Source: Octopus vulgaris
Lineage: Eukaryota
Length of the DNA: 64,000 nt
Direction: 5' to 3'
NCBI GenBank assembly: GCA_951406725.2
Contig: OX597822.1
Location: 26,784,001 to 26,848,000 of the forward strand
The notes beneath the pieces are model-generated. The model did no database searches and had not been told where the DNA came from. It saw only the letters and a program-made list of their open reading frames with translations. The translations under genes and the position numbers were made by a program. How positions within the stretch are numbered: the stretch's first letter is position 1; each line of letters starts with the position of its first letter. This document shows positions 26,367-38,805 of the stretch, piece after piece.

Positions 26367-28068
26367 CTATTTTCTTTTTGTCCTTTCTATAGTGTTCCAT
26401 GACTTGTTCCTATAGAGTGGGCAAATCCCATTCCTATCATTACATGACATATTATCAAATTTCTTCATGGCTCCTTTGTATACTCTGATCCTTTCTTTAT
26501 GGCTGTAACCTGAGAACTGCATGCGGTGAATGAAATATTGTATGTGTCTCTTTAACTCTGTGGGCTCGCACATGCGTGACACATTTCTCATTATTCTGAC
26601 GAGGTCTGCCATCAAAATATTGAATTTGGCATTGTCCGCAATGGCTGAGTTCCGGTGGATCAAGTATTTTGAGGCCATAGGTTTGGCAAAGTATGAATGA
26701 AGGATTTGGGTTTTATTATTCACAATTTCTAGCCAGAGTTCAGTGTCTAGTACTGGTAGTCTATGGTTGGGGTATTTAGTGGGGTAGTCTATTGTGACCT
26801 TAATACTCTGGTGGATGGAGTTAGCTATTTGCCGGATGCTCTCCATAGTATTAGTTTCTATTACTATATCAACATTACTCTCTTGTGGGGGTGCCTTTAC
26901 CACTATGTTGATATCATCAACATAGCGAGAGTACATGTTTACGAGTATGGAGTTTTGTGTTAGGCGTTCTTTAAGCCTTCTGTCCCACCATACCATGAAA
27001 AGATTAGCCACATCACCAGCGATACTAACGCCGATGGCTGCCCCCTCGTCCTGGGCATATATTTTATTATTAAACTTAAATATGTGGCCTTTTAGGGTAA
27101 CTCTTATACTAGCTCCTAGTGCATGTGCGATCATTTTCTTTACCTGATGGACATTTGCGGGGCTCCGCATGGCTCTGGTCCATCCGCGCCATCTTTCTAT
27201 ATGTGTCTTCCTAGCCATAGAAGTAATTGTGGGCAGTCTACCTCTTAAACATCTACTGGGGCAGAAACTACTAAGATTATGTTTATCTAGGTATTCATTA
27301 TTACATGTCAGTCTAAGTAGGAGGCCCAGTTCCTCTGTGTTGACATTACAAAACTTCACCTGGCTCTCGTTGATCATCTCCACGCACTTCTCCACCGCAA
27401 AATCTATGTCGATCAATGGGTATAGGGATACCACATCCATGCTACCCACCATACATCCTGTCAGGTCACAAGTGTTGTTACAGTCGTTGATCCTGCTGAG
27501 GAGATCTTCTGTGCTGTCACAAACATCAGGTGACATCCAGATTATAGGGCGTATGATCATTGAGAGGAAGTAGGAGATTCTGTAATTGCTAGCGATATTC
27601 GCTCCACAGACTGGTCTTGTTGGTGGTCCTGCTATAGGGTCAGTAATTACTTTATGGTCCTTGCGAAGTTCATACAGTGCCGGGATATCATTGTTCCAGG
27701 CTTGGAAATTATTTGCTGTACGTTTCTGGGGTCCCAGAACAATTGTCCACATCATCATGTGGGCATTGAGGACCTTTTCTCTCTCCTCATGCGCCTGTAC
27801 AGTTGTTATTTTTGTATTGGCGATATGAGGTTGCAATGCCTGGTTTTAGTTCGGTAAGCTGTCTATTGACATCCTGCCGAACTTATCTGTGGGAAGGCAT
27901 ACCACCTCTCCGTTCCTCGTGCGCTGAATGAGCTTATGTAGGCCACATGCAGGTTTAATCCCGAGTTGTTGGGCCTCTGTCTTATTCTGTCTCTGTCTCT
28001 TAGTGTATAATCCTAAAATCTGTCTAAGTTTGGTCCTAGCTATAGTGAACTGTGCTTCCATATGGTCA
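26367..28068 (-). pseudogene. PLE reverse transcriptase (disrupted)
   Basis: ORF 26367-27836 has GSMDVVSLYP, GAAIGVSIAGDVANLFM..WD, YSRYVDDI, LPVLD and KPMAS..IHRNSA. The same frame continues upstream through one TAA (27846-27848) into VVCLPTDKFG (DKG-like motif). A frameshift follows near 26367. Confidence 0.9.
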
Positions 28069-28669
28069 TTATATATACATATATATATATGTATGCATGT
28101 ATTAGTGTGTCTGTTTGTCCCCCACCCCACTCCACCCTATCATCGCTTGATAGCTGATGGTGACGTTGGTGCGTTTATATTCCTATAACTTAGCAGTTTG
28201 GCAAATGAGACCAATAGAATAAGTACTAGGCTTACAAAGACTAAGTTCCGGGGATGATTAGTTTGACTAAAGACGGTGCTCCAGCATAGCCACAGTCAAA
28301 TGACTGAAACAAGTAAAAGACAAAGTACTCTCAGTAAAGTGGTTGGTATTAGGAAGGCCATCCAACCACTAACCATACAATAGCAGACGTCTGAGCATGG
28401 TGTGGTACAGTCCAGGTGTGAGCAGCCTTTTAGTATAGGGAATCATGGCTCATCATCAGGTGGGCCACACTACCAAAAAAATAAACCAAAAAAAAATTCA
28501 AGGTAATGTCGTTCAGTAAGTCCTGCTAGCCACTGGTTGTCCATGACCAGTGCAATCCTCTGATTTGCCGGATCCTTTTGAACTGTCCAAACCATGCTAG
28601 CATGGAAGATTGACATTAAATGACGACGATGATGATTATGATGGTCCCCCATCTCTATTGACATATGAA

Positions 28670-28812
28670 ACCACCACCACCACCATCATCACCATCACCA
28701 TCATCATCATCACTATCATCATCATCACCATCATCATCATCACCATCATCATCATCACCATCATCATCATCACCATCATCATCATCGGCAGCAGCAGCAG
28801 CTGCAGCAACAG
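28670..28812. repeat. (CAC/CAT)n and (CAG)n trinucleotide tract
   Basis: Seen directly. Confidence 0.9.
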
Positions 28813-30684
28813 CATAGCCGGCAAATTGCTCTCATCTCTTTGAATTTGCTCACCATATGCATGGCTCCCTTCTGCCCCTATCATTATCAGTTTCATTTCT
28901 CTCTCCTGTCCTACCCCTACTGTGCCCTGTTGTCCCTTTATATTAACTACAAACGTTTGATTTAAAAAAAATTATGCTTAAAACAATTCCCACGGAAGAT
29001 GGAGAATGAAATCACAAATTGAATCAAAAACATAACTTTTTTTAGCCAATACTTTCATCATACTGTCACACTGGATCAGTGTGGGTTTGTTTGTATGTTT
29101 ATGTGTGTGTGTGTGTGGTGTGGTGTGGTGTGTGTGTGTGTGTGTGTATTATATATAATTGCTATATTAACTGTAGTATTTCATGAATGATTTCTGTATT
29201 TTAAATGTCATTTCAAGAAATGGAACCACATGCTGCAACATTTAAGGATGAGGTGACGACGATGATGACAATGATGATGATGATGATAGCAACAACAACA
29301 GCACCAGCAATGAAATGGTTATGATATCCGTTGTTGCTGTTATCGTCAATATCACCATTATCATCACTGTTATCTCCACACTTTTAATATTTGCCTACCA
29401 TTGTTGCTATGCCAATTTTGAACCGTTCCACAAGATTGAAAGAAGATAAAAACGGACGAATTGAAAACTACATAAAGAGAAGAGATAATAATAATGATGA
29501 TGATGATGACAATGATGATGATGATGATGATAAATTTTTAAAAAAAAGCAAAGTATGAAAGCAAATCAAAATCATTCTTTTTATTCATCATTCAATTTGA
29601 TTATGGTAGTGAAAGTAGTGTCCTGGTGAACACTTCATGAAATCAAAGCATTTATCCGGTTCTGTTCTCAATAAATTCATAGAAAAATAAAAGGAAGTTG
29701 ATCACAGTTAGCCTTTTATGTTGTGAAACACAAGAATTTCTCTCATCTGTCTATTTCTTTGGTAACATGTCCATAATGGTATTATTCAATTAGCTCAACG
29801 AGTATTCTTACATAAAATATGCCTTTTCCACTTTGGCTCTGGTAATTGGTTCAGTTATGTCATGGTTATCAAGTTTCCAAAGTGGCATCATTTAAGATTT
29901 AAGTGCAGTGCCAGTGGCTGGGTTAGGGCCTGTTATATATAACAAAACAATAATTGTAATAGTTCAATTAAACATACTTCCCTGTATGATTAACTTCGGG
30001 TGTGAATTAAAGAAGAATGTCTGTTTGATATTTCTCATTGATATAATCAGCACAGTTTTCTCCTGTATTGTACTTATAAAATGTCTGTTTTGGATTAACA
30101 TACCAATATTTCTTTTATTGATTTACTTCAATAATTATGGGAGGAATTGTCAGATTTATTTATTTATTTATTTTTCATCTTGGATTATAATAATACTAGT
30201 TGTTTATTTCTACTCCACCAGTTTTTGGTGCAATTCTAGCCAAGTACCACATACAAAAAGGTATTCATCACCTATGCTTTCTGGTAGTGTACCCCCTCTC
30301 TCTGTCTCTCTCTCTCTTTCTCTCCTCCCTCACTCTCTCTCCTCCTCCCCTCTCTCTCCCTCCCTCTTTCTCCTCCTCCTCATCTAATATCTGCTTTCCT
30401 TTGCCTGCATGTGTTGGACAGAATCTATTTGAGACAGATTTTCTATGGTTGGATGCCCTTCCTTTTGTCAACCCTCACTTTTCTCCAGTCAAGATAATAT
30501 TTCCCCAAGACCAAGCATGTTCTTGCAGAACATTGGAAATGAATGACCCTACTTGTATGACAGTCACAGTCATTTTGCAACTACCACACACATATGTGTA
30601 TATATGTGTGTGTGTGTGTATAACATACACTGAGTGTACAACCAGATGGGAGACAGACACAGAAGGTCCCTAGTATATATGCTG

Positions 30685-30997
30685 AGACCCTCTTCGGTCA
30701 TGAATGACTATGGGATTGCACCTAGAAAGTTACCCTCCTAGGCACAAGTCCGGGCGAGGTTGTTTATGGAAGACTAGTAGTTGCCCATGCATACCGGCCT
30801 CCCCTCTCCATGGCACCAAGGCCGATACAGCTTGGCACCAGTGATGTCGCAACTCATTTCTACAGCTGAGTGAACTGGGAAGATGTGAAATAAAGTGTCT
30901 TGCTCAAGAACATAACACGCAGCCCGGTCCGGGATCCGAACTCACAACCTCATGATCGTAAGATAGTCACTCTAACCACTAAGTCATGCGCCTTCAC
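30685..30997 (-). mobile_element. SINE family A
   Basis: Reverse-complement homologue with a small internal deletion. Confidence 0.75.
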
Positions 30998-31589
30998 AGT
31001 ACATATATATATATACATACATACATTTATAAATATTAAAAATTCAGGGCATAGCCCTGAATTTTGCCAAATTAGGCGTTCATTATTTTTTTCCTAACAC
31101 AGACGATAACCGTCTCACAGATTTTTATGCATCTGCAATTTGCCTCTAGCACTAAAAGAAGTTTCCCACTGACCCAACATAGAAGCTCTCTTATTGATTT
31201 GCAATGCTAAACTAAGTTATTTAATGGTGTGCAGTTCTGTCAAATGCGTAATGTTTCTCATCAAATATAGAATGTTTGGAATTTTGGATAAGAGCATTGT
31301 AACAAACAATATTTTATTAGATTTTAGTAACTCTGTAGTAAATATTTAACATATTTCTGAGGCAACTTAGTGGTTTTATATTTCAAGTTTAATGAATGAT
31401 AATATATATATAAATGTATAGCTATTGTGATAATCTGTTTAATCTCATGGAGTAAGGAAAGGGTTATTTTTACAACCTTAAACTTTGACATCATTGACAA
31501 ATTGTTTTGTGTTAGAAATTATTCAAAATATGTTGATAGCTGTTGCAGAGTCCTAGACCTTGAAATTTCTTACATGTCTGCAGCCAGAA

Positions 31590-31626
<37 letters not shown>

Positions 31627-31895
31627 TAATAACGATAATAGTATTAGTGGTAGTGGTGGTGGCAGTAGTAGCAACAATGGTAGTAGTTGTTTGTTTGCAA
31701 TCACACCTTCCCCTTTCTAATGCAGCTCTGCATTTAAGTGTCAATAGAATGACAAAATATCTCAGTTATGTGATGGTTATGTGGCCTGGTGGTCAGAGTG
31801 TTGGACTCAGGTTAAGGTCATGGTTTCAAGTCTCAGATCAGACAGTGCATTGTGTCTCTCAAGCAAAAACATTTCGTTTCACATAACTCCAGTCC

Positions 31896-32216
31896 AAGGT
31901 GCATAGCTCAGTGGTTAGAGTGTCTGACTTACAATCATGAGGGAGTGAGTTTGATTCCCATGCCAGGTTCTGTGTTGTGTTCTTAAACAAGACACTTTAT
32001 TTCATGTTGCTCCAGTTTGCTCACCTGTAGAGATGAGTTGCGACATCACTGGTGACAAGTTGTATCGGCATTTGCCTTTCACTTATATGACATCAGTGAC
32101 ATGGTGAATGATAATGGGCAACTGTAGGTCTTCCATAAATAACCTTACCCAGACTTGTGCATTGGAGGGTAACTTTCTAGGTGCAATCCCATGGTCATTC
32201 ATGACCAAAGGGAATC
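31896..32216 (+). mobile_element. SINE family A
   Basis: aaggtgcatagctcagtggttagag...gcaatcccatggtcattcatgacc. Confidence 0.75.
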
Positions 32217-32457
32217 TTTTTTTTCAGTCCACTCATCTGAGAAAAAAGTATTGCAACAACAACTGGCAGCATTTGTATTTTAACCCTGTGACAGAATGGT
32301 ATCCTGTACATTATGTGTGCACCTGGCTTGTCATATAAGAAATCAGGGAAAGAAATACCTTACTTGTAAGTGAACCAGGGGTGGGTCACGCAAAGGACAT
32401 TTCTTCATAAAAAGCAGCCCAGTAATATAGTAGTTATTAATATTTTATGCTTGTTAA

Positions 32458-32714
32458 GGCGGCAAGCTGGCAGAAATGTTAGCACGCCAGGCAAAATGCT
32501 TAGTGGAATTTTGTCTGTCGCTATGTTCTGAGTTCAAATTCAACCGAGGTTGACTTTGCCTTTCATCCTTTCGGAGTTGATAAATTAAGTACCAGTTGGA
32601 TACTAGGTACTTAATTGACTGGCCTCCTCTAATTGACTGGCTCTAATTGACTCCTCTAATTGACTGGCCTCCTCCCCAAAAATTTCGGGCCTTGTGCCTA
32701 GAGTAGAAAAGAAT
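32458..32714 (+). mobile_element. SINE family C with local micro-duplications
   Basis: ggcggcaagctggcagaaatgttagcacgcc...gcctttcatcctttcggagttgataaattaagtacc. taattgact is repeated four times at about 32612-32670. Confidence 0.75.
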
Positions 32715-33530
32715 ATTTTATCTGTGTTTCAAATTCCGTCGAGGTTGACTTTGTCTTTAATCCTTTTAGAGTTGATAAAATAAGTACCAGCTGAGCACTG
32801 GGGTTCACTTAAAATAAGTACCAGCCAAGCACTGAGGTTGATGTAATCTCCTCTGAAATTGCTGGCCTAAAATCAAAATTTGAAACCAATATTTCATGTG
32901 TGTGTGTGTTTTTGTTAGATGTGTCAGAAATTATTGTTGTTGTTGGCAGTGGTGGTGGTGTTAGAAGCAGTAGCAGCAGCAGCAGTAGTAGTAGTAGTTG
33001 TTCTTTAGCCATAGGTCAAATGTGATAAAATAGACCTTCGACCGAAAAGCATTCTAGCCATGACCATCCCACCTTTATTTTTCTTTATAAACAACATTAT
33101 CCAATGTATCATTCCCTTTTTTTTTTTTTTTTTTTTTTTACACAAGGCAAATTGGATGCAATTTGTTGGGAGAAATGCCTGCTATTTCTAGCAGAAGCTA
33201 GTGGTGTGTGATTCTTCTTAAATACTTCACCAGATACACATTTTCTGAGCATGTTCCTAACAATAAATATTTCTACACAATTCCAATCTCTTTAACATTT
33301 TTACACTATTTATAGCCATAGTATTCTGTGATTTAAACATGTGGTATGTGTTTTAATGAAATGCCATTTCATTGAAAGGATGGATAGATTACAGAATACA
33401 GTTACAGTACAATTCTATATTTTTGAGACGAGGAATTTATATTATGTATACTGTTTATATTAGTCGGATTGATGTCCTCATCCTGATTGTTGCTTTTACT
33501 ACAGTCAGTTATTATGCTCCAGCCTTTTTC

Positions 33531-33934
33531 ATAGGTGCAGGAGTGGCTGTGAGGTAAATAGCTTGCTTACCAACCACATGGTTCTGGGTTCAATCCCACT
33601 GCGTGGCACCTTGGGCAAGTGTCTTCTACTATAGCCTTGGGCCGACCAAAGCCTTGTCAGTGGATTTGGTAGGCGGAAACTGAAAGAAGCCCGTCATATA
33701 TATGTATGTATATATATGTGTGTGTATATGTTTGTGTGTCTGTGTTTGTCCCCCCCCCCAACATTGCTTGATAACCGATGGTGGTGTGTTTATGTTCCCG
33801 TAACTTAGCAGTTTGGCAAAAGAGACCGATAGAATAAGTACTAGGCTTACAAAGAATAAGTCTTGAGGTTGATTTGTTTGACTAAAGGTGGTGCTCCAGC
33901 ATGGCCGCAGTCAGATGACTGAAACAAGTAAAAG
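33531..33934 (+). mobile_element. tRNA-derived SINE family B (internal microsatellite)
   Basis: ggagtggctgtgaggtaa...gggttcaatccc...cttgggcaagtgtcttctactatagcc...(TA/TG)n...ctccagcatggccgcagtc..gactgaaacaagtaaaag. Confidence 0.8.
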
Positions 33935-35315
33935 TGTATGCGTCTACATATTTTTCAAAAGAAGTAACCATTGGAGACCAATAACCAATAAATGAGAGCT
34001 TCTTTTTATTAAAATACACTAGGTGGTGTTTGCCCAAATTTCAAAGACAGTTCCTTCTTGCTCTTGTTACTGCAAATGCAGTGAACAAGTCATTGGACCA
34101 TTGGAAATTAGCAACCAACAGCCCTATTTTTCTCACCAAATGCAATTGAAATAAACCAAATATTAAGTCTAAGTTGGCTTTTTCACCCTTTTATTACTAC
34201 ATCTCTTCTGAAATACACTGCTTTCATTTCTATTAATTTCTAAAAATAATGAAGAATTCAGTCAAATAACTCTGACATTATTAAGCTGGTAGCTGGAGCA
34301 TAAATTAATATGAAATTTTGATAGAAGGTTTTTATTTAGATACAAGAAGATTGTATTCTAGAATCAGGAGCAGTCTCAGATGGGTTGGTATCAAGAGAGT
34401 TAAAATTTGAATGAATCAATCAATACAGTTGTTTTATTCAACAATATTACAATTATGTCAGTGTACCTTATTGAAAGTATTTACATATTATTTCATTTTG
34501 TATGGTCATGACACCGATTAGAATATTTGATTCAGAATTTTTAAATGTTTGACTTTAATCTTTTTTTTTTTTAAGATATCGGTTTGCTTTTTTCAAAACA
34601 GATACTTTTAAGTATTGATGTATTTTCTTTATTATTCATAATCATTCAGCAGTAAAATATTGATTACCGTTAAGATTATAATTTTCCTATATAAATTTCA
34701 AAAGACCAAGTTTACCCTGCATTCAACTGATTGAACTTAACTATCGCAGGCTCTAAGACACTTTAACTAGCCAGGAGGGTTACAAGGCAGACAGAAGCAC
34801 AGAACATGGCAACAGAGGGGTATCCAGGAGTCATGACCTGGATGTGGCCTGGGCCCTTTAAACTGTAAGGAGTTAAGGGCCAAAACACTTGCATGAAGAG
34901 AATTCTTTGCTAAAACCCTTCTGCTCATCACTTGTCCCTTAAGTCTCTCACTACCATACTGTTTCCTAATCTCTGGTCAATGGAGACAGTGCCTATACTA
35001 TAATATTTATACCAGTCTCTTTGTTTTGGTTGTTTTGCTTTTTTCTTTATTTTGAATTGTTATCAAGTGTCTACTTCCTGAATGGAGATATAGAAACGTA
35101 GCTGGATTCATATGGCATTTTGTTTGTAGTAAATTGAACTGCAGAACAAAAGAGAAAGCTATATGATGCTTGTTGATGTTCTTGTATTTTTGAAGTGCAT
35201 TTACATTGAAAAGAAGAATTGTGAATGGAATAGTTTCATGGAAGCTGTTTACTAGCAGTCTACTTGAAGTAAACTCTGTATTTGTTTGCTAGAAACCTAC
35301 AAAGAAATTCATGAA

Positions 35316-35700
35316 GTAACAAAAGCACTCAGAGAGCCCTAACCCTAACCCCAACTCTGCCAAAGCAACACCAACATCCTCTTGATGATTAACCAGAGAT
35401 GATTTTTAAAAATGAGAATGACTGAAATAAACTCGGCTGCTCTTGCAAACGAGAATACTAAAAATGAACCCGACCTCTCTCAAAAATTAATTAAAAAAAA
35501 CAGAAAAATAATCCAGAATCCTTGTCTGGTACCAGATCGATCCCAAAATCTAATCAGTTCATGCCACCAGTTGTGAGGCCAAACATCCCTGAAAGTTTCA
35601 TCCGAATCTATCCAGTGGTTCTTGAGATATCTTGTCCACGGACATATAAACAAACATGACTGAAAACAATACCTCTGCTTTTGCTAAGGCGGTGGTAATA
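35316..35700. mobile_element. Possible Helentron-derived non-autonomous element (HINE-like)
   Basis: Terminal stem-loop acctctgc..ggcggtggt, a related 5' motif (actctgccaa) and internal atccagaatcc/ccaaaatctaatcagttc motifs of a style recalled from such repeats. Confidence 0.35.
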
Positions 35701-36598
35701 ATGCTTGTGGGGTCAAGTTGTTGGATTATTGTTCATGTGGACAAAAGCTATCTCAGTTTACTGTTACAGCCTTAGCAAATCATATACCCTGGTTGCCTCA
35801 GTTTGCTGAGCTAATTATAGGTTTCAATGTTCAGTGTTTGAATGGTATGTGCATGTGTGTGTTTGTGTGTGTGCTTGAGTGTGTGTGTGTGTATGTGTGT
35901 GTGTGTGTGTGTGTGTGTTAGTTGTAAAATTGGTTTCTCAATGATGTATACAAGTATTAAGATCTGGAATTAAATAGATGGGCTGTTTAATAATGATTTG
36001 TAATCAAAGGGACAATATAAACAATATAAATGAAAGGGACAATACAAATACATTCATTTTGCTACAAATGAATATATGAATCCACTCAGGTTTCTATGGA
36101 TACATTCATGAAGTAGACACCATGTACGTGGCATGTGTTCATTGAACATAGCCATGATTAGGATTTCTAACCTACTTGCACTTTTAATGTGTCCAGGATC
36201 TGCTTTTGTTTTTCTGTTGTGTCACCCATGGTTTTTGAGGCCATCTCAGAGGAGTTTGTTTCATGTAATGATCAAACAACTCTTGAATATTTGCAAGAAA
36301 GACAGTAGGATGTAGGCAATTTGCAAGGTGCTTGCTACTGGGTGAGGGTTAGGCTCCACTAGATTTACTTGCTTTACGCATAACACACTAATAATCAAGA
36401 CTATGATGGTGATTCAGTGACTCAGTGTATTGTTGCTCTCTCCACCATCACAGCTTGGTGAAAGAGAGAGAGAAAGAAAGAGAGAGAGAGAGAGATAAGT
36501 GAGGGAGTGCAAGAAAGAGAGAGAAGTGAGGGAGTACTAGAGAAAGAAAGAGAGAGAAGTGAAGAGTACAAGAAAGAGAAGGTGAAGTGAGGGTGTGC

Positions 36599-36647
<49 letters not shown>

Positions 36648-36813
36648 TGGGGGTGGAGGTCATTTAAATAAATCTACAAGATGTATTTGTTTCCTTTCAT
36701 AATCTAAAGGCTTTGCCTTCCAGAGCTTCCTGCAAGATTGTGGCCTTTGGATACCCTTTCGTCATATTCCTGACAAGAATTCTTACTCTCCTTTCTCTGC
36801 AAACCTTCTTCTT

Positions 36814-37121
36814 TTAACCCTCTTGAGACACCTAGGCCGATTGATCAACCCAAGTGATACAGACTGAAAGGACTTTGAGGCCAATCCATTGGCCTAATGA
36901 AACAAACGTTTTGAGGTGTAGTAGCCAATCAGGAATAGTCTTTCAGTAGATATGATATAAAGCTATATGATATATATAGATTTACATACTAATAAAGTAG
37001 TTTTAGGTATTTTATCCTTTGTTTTCTACATGCACTCATCAAATTCAATCTCAACAGAAAGAAAAAACTTTGGTCTTTTTGGCTACACATACCAAAACAT
37101 TGTGTGTCTCAAAAGGGTTAA
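36814..37121. mobile_element. TTAA-flanked MITE (second family)
   Basis: ttaa-ccctcttgagacac ... gtgtctcaaaaggg-ttaa. Confidence 0.75.
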
Positions 37122-37160
37122 CTGCAACTAGGTCCTTGTAGAGTTACAATACCAGTTTTG

Positions 37161-37694
37161 GAAAATTGCTATTTGTAAATCTCACAATGAGAGATATTCA
37201 GCAACAGTACTTTGGAGTAAAGATTATTTGCCAACATAACATGGTAGTCCTAGTTTAGAATGGATTTTGCTGTAATTTAGCCCCAGGAGAGATCGTCTCC
37301 AGCCTGCTATACAATATGATCTGTGTCCTTATATTTTTGAACAAGGGAATCTAGCACTCCCACTTAGCTCAAAACAATATCTGTGTATTGCGATTTCCAG
37401 GTTATTTCCCTTCATCAACACAGAATAATTGTTCAGCTAGTGGTGGCACTGCTAAATTCCTATTCGAAATATATAGTTTTCAAAGTGACACCTAGTCACT
37501 GATCTATAAATTAGAAAATTACTATTGGTAAATCTCACAAGTAGAGATATTCAACAACAGTACTTTGGAGTAAAGATTATTTGCCAACATAACATGGCAG
37601 TCCTGGTTTAGGACGATGTCTCCTGGGGCTAAATTACAGCAACATTCGTCCTAAACCAGGACTGTCATGTTATGTTGGCAAATAATCTTTACTC
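37161..37694. mobile_element. Short PLE-like element with direct and inverted internal repeats and a 14-bp target-site duplication
   Basis: caataccagttttg occurs at 37147-37160 and 37695-37708. About 85 bp is repeated directly (about 37175-37258 and 37528-37611), and a terminal hairpin pairs about 37565-37616 with 37646-37697. Confidence 0.6.
37381..37423 (-). ncRNA. Degenerate minimal hammerhead-like motif
   Basis: Minus strand reads ctgtg TTGATGA agg gaaataa cct g GAAA tcgcaa TA cacag, with stem I ctgtg/cacag. Confidence 0.5.
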
Positions 37695-37846
37695 CAATAC
37701 CAGTTTTGTTTCGTTTTATGATATATCTTTTTTTCTTAATGTTAGATAGAAAGATGGATGGATAGATAGCCAGAATATGAATACTTTGCAAGTGAGAGGT
37801 GACAGCTTTCTGAAATGAACCAACTCACTACCTGATATAGCATCAT

Positions 37847-37884
<38 letters not shown>

Positions 37885-38611
37885 ACACCACTACCACCCA
37901 TCCATCCGGAAAAATTTAAAACAGAGGTTTACCTACTTGCAAACAAATGTGGTAACATGTAACATTATTGACTGAGGTTACCATGGCCTTTTCCGTAAGC
38001 TTTTCTTTCCACGAATAAACCTTCACCGCTTCCCCCTTTACACTTTACATCATGACATTTCTGTGATACAGGATCCCTATTGATTGTTTTTTCGTTTTTT
38101 TCTTTCCTTTTTTTCCCTCCCCTTTTACGATCCCATTTGATCGAAAACCTACCCCACTTTTTTTTTTCTCCCCAAAAAGAAAAGCTCTACTTTGTAATCT
38201 GTCCCGTCTGTGTGCAGCTCTGTGTGGCTAATAAAGAAACATATCTATCTATCTATCTTTCTATCTCTCCATCCATCCATCCATCCAACCAGCCAACCAA
38301 CCAACCAACATTTGTATTCTGTACTGTTGTAGGTTGGACAATCTGACAGGAGTTATCAAGTTGGAGAGCTCCACCAGGCTCCAACTGTCTGTTTTGACCC
38401 GGTTCCTATGACTGGATATCCTTCTTAGTGCCAACAACTTTACAGAGTGTACTGGATGCCTTTTATGTGACACCAGCATGGGTGCTTCTTACATGGTACC
38501 AACACAGCTGCTTTTTCATGGCACCAGCATGAATGCCTTTTACATGCGTGTGTTAGTATTTCCAGCATATACACACATGTATATGCAAATGTGTGTGTGT
38601 GTGTATATGTC

Positions 38612-38652
<41 letters not shown>

Positions 38653-38742
38653 TAAGATAACAAAAGAAAGAAAGAGACCTCAATATTGTGTAAATAGAGG
38701 AATTTATCTGTAAAATAATATTTGACAATTATTCAGTAGCCA

Positions 38743-38805
38743 AGATAAAACTCTGAGTTTCAGATGCCAAGATGGAAATCCACACCACCATCTCTTCGGT
38801 TATCT
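38743..38805 (-). ncRNA. Hammerhead-like motif (core U-to-C variant) inside a fold-back
   Basis: Minus strand reads agataa CCGAAGA gatg...catc t GAAA ctc a gag TT ttatct, with a 6-bp stem I. Flanking inverted repeat at 38710-38742 and 38808-38838. Confidence 0.55.

Larger units (their letters stand above)
25199..28068 (-). mobile_element. Penelope-like retroelement (PLE), 5'-truncated and decayed, with 3' pseudo-LTR; Naiad-like by motif impression
   Basis: On the minus strand: RT, linker, Cys motif, GIY-YIG endonuclease, then an AT-rich tail with a hammerhead motif. Bounded on both sides by (TA)n. Confidence 0.9.

Noticed and set aside
26935-27857. Plus-strand ORFs overlapping the PLE
   Set aside because: Antisense shadows of the RT reading frame with no recognisable motifs.
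25810-28068. Possible selenocysteine-encoding Naiad-type PLE
   Set aside because: The Cys positions of the Cys motif and endonuclease use TGT/TGC, and the interruptions I read are TAA/TAG and frameshifts rather than in-frame TGA. This copy gives no support for recoding and is simply decayed.
35336-35353. Telomere-like ccctaaccctaacccc
   Set aside because: Only about two units inside an interspersed repeat; not an array.
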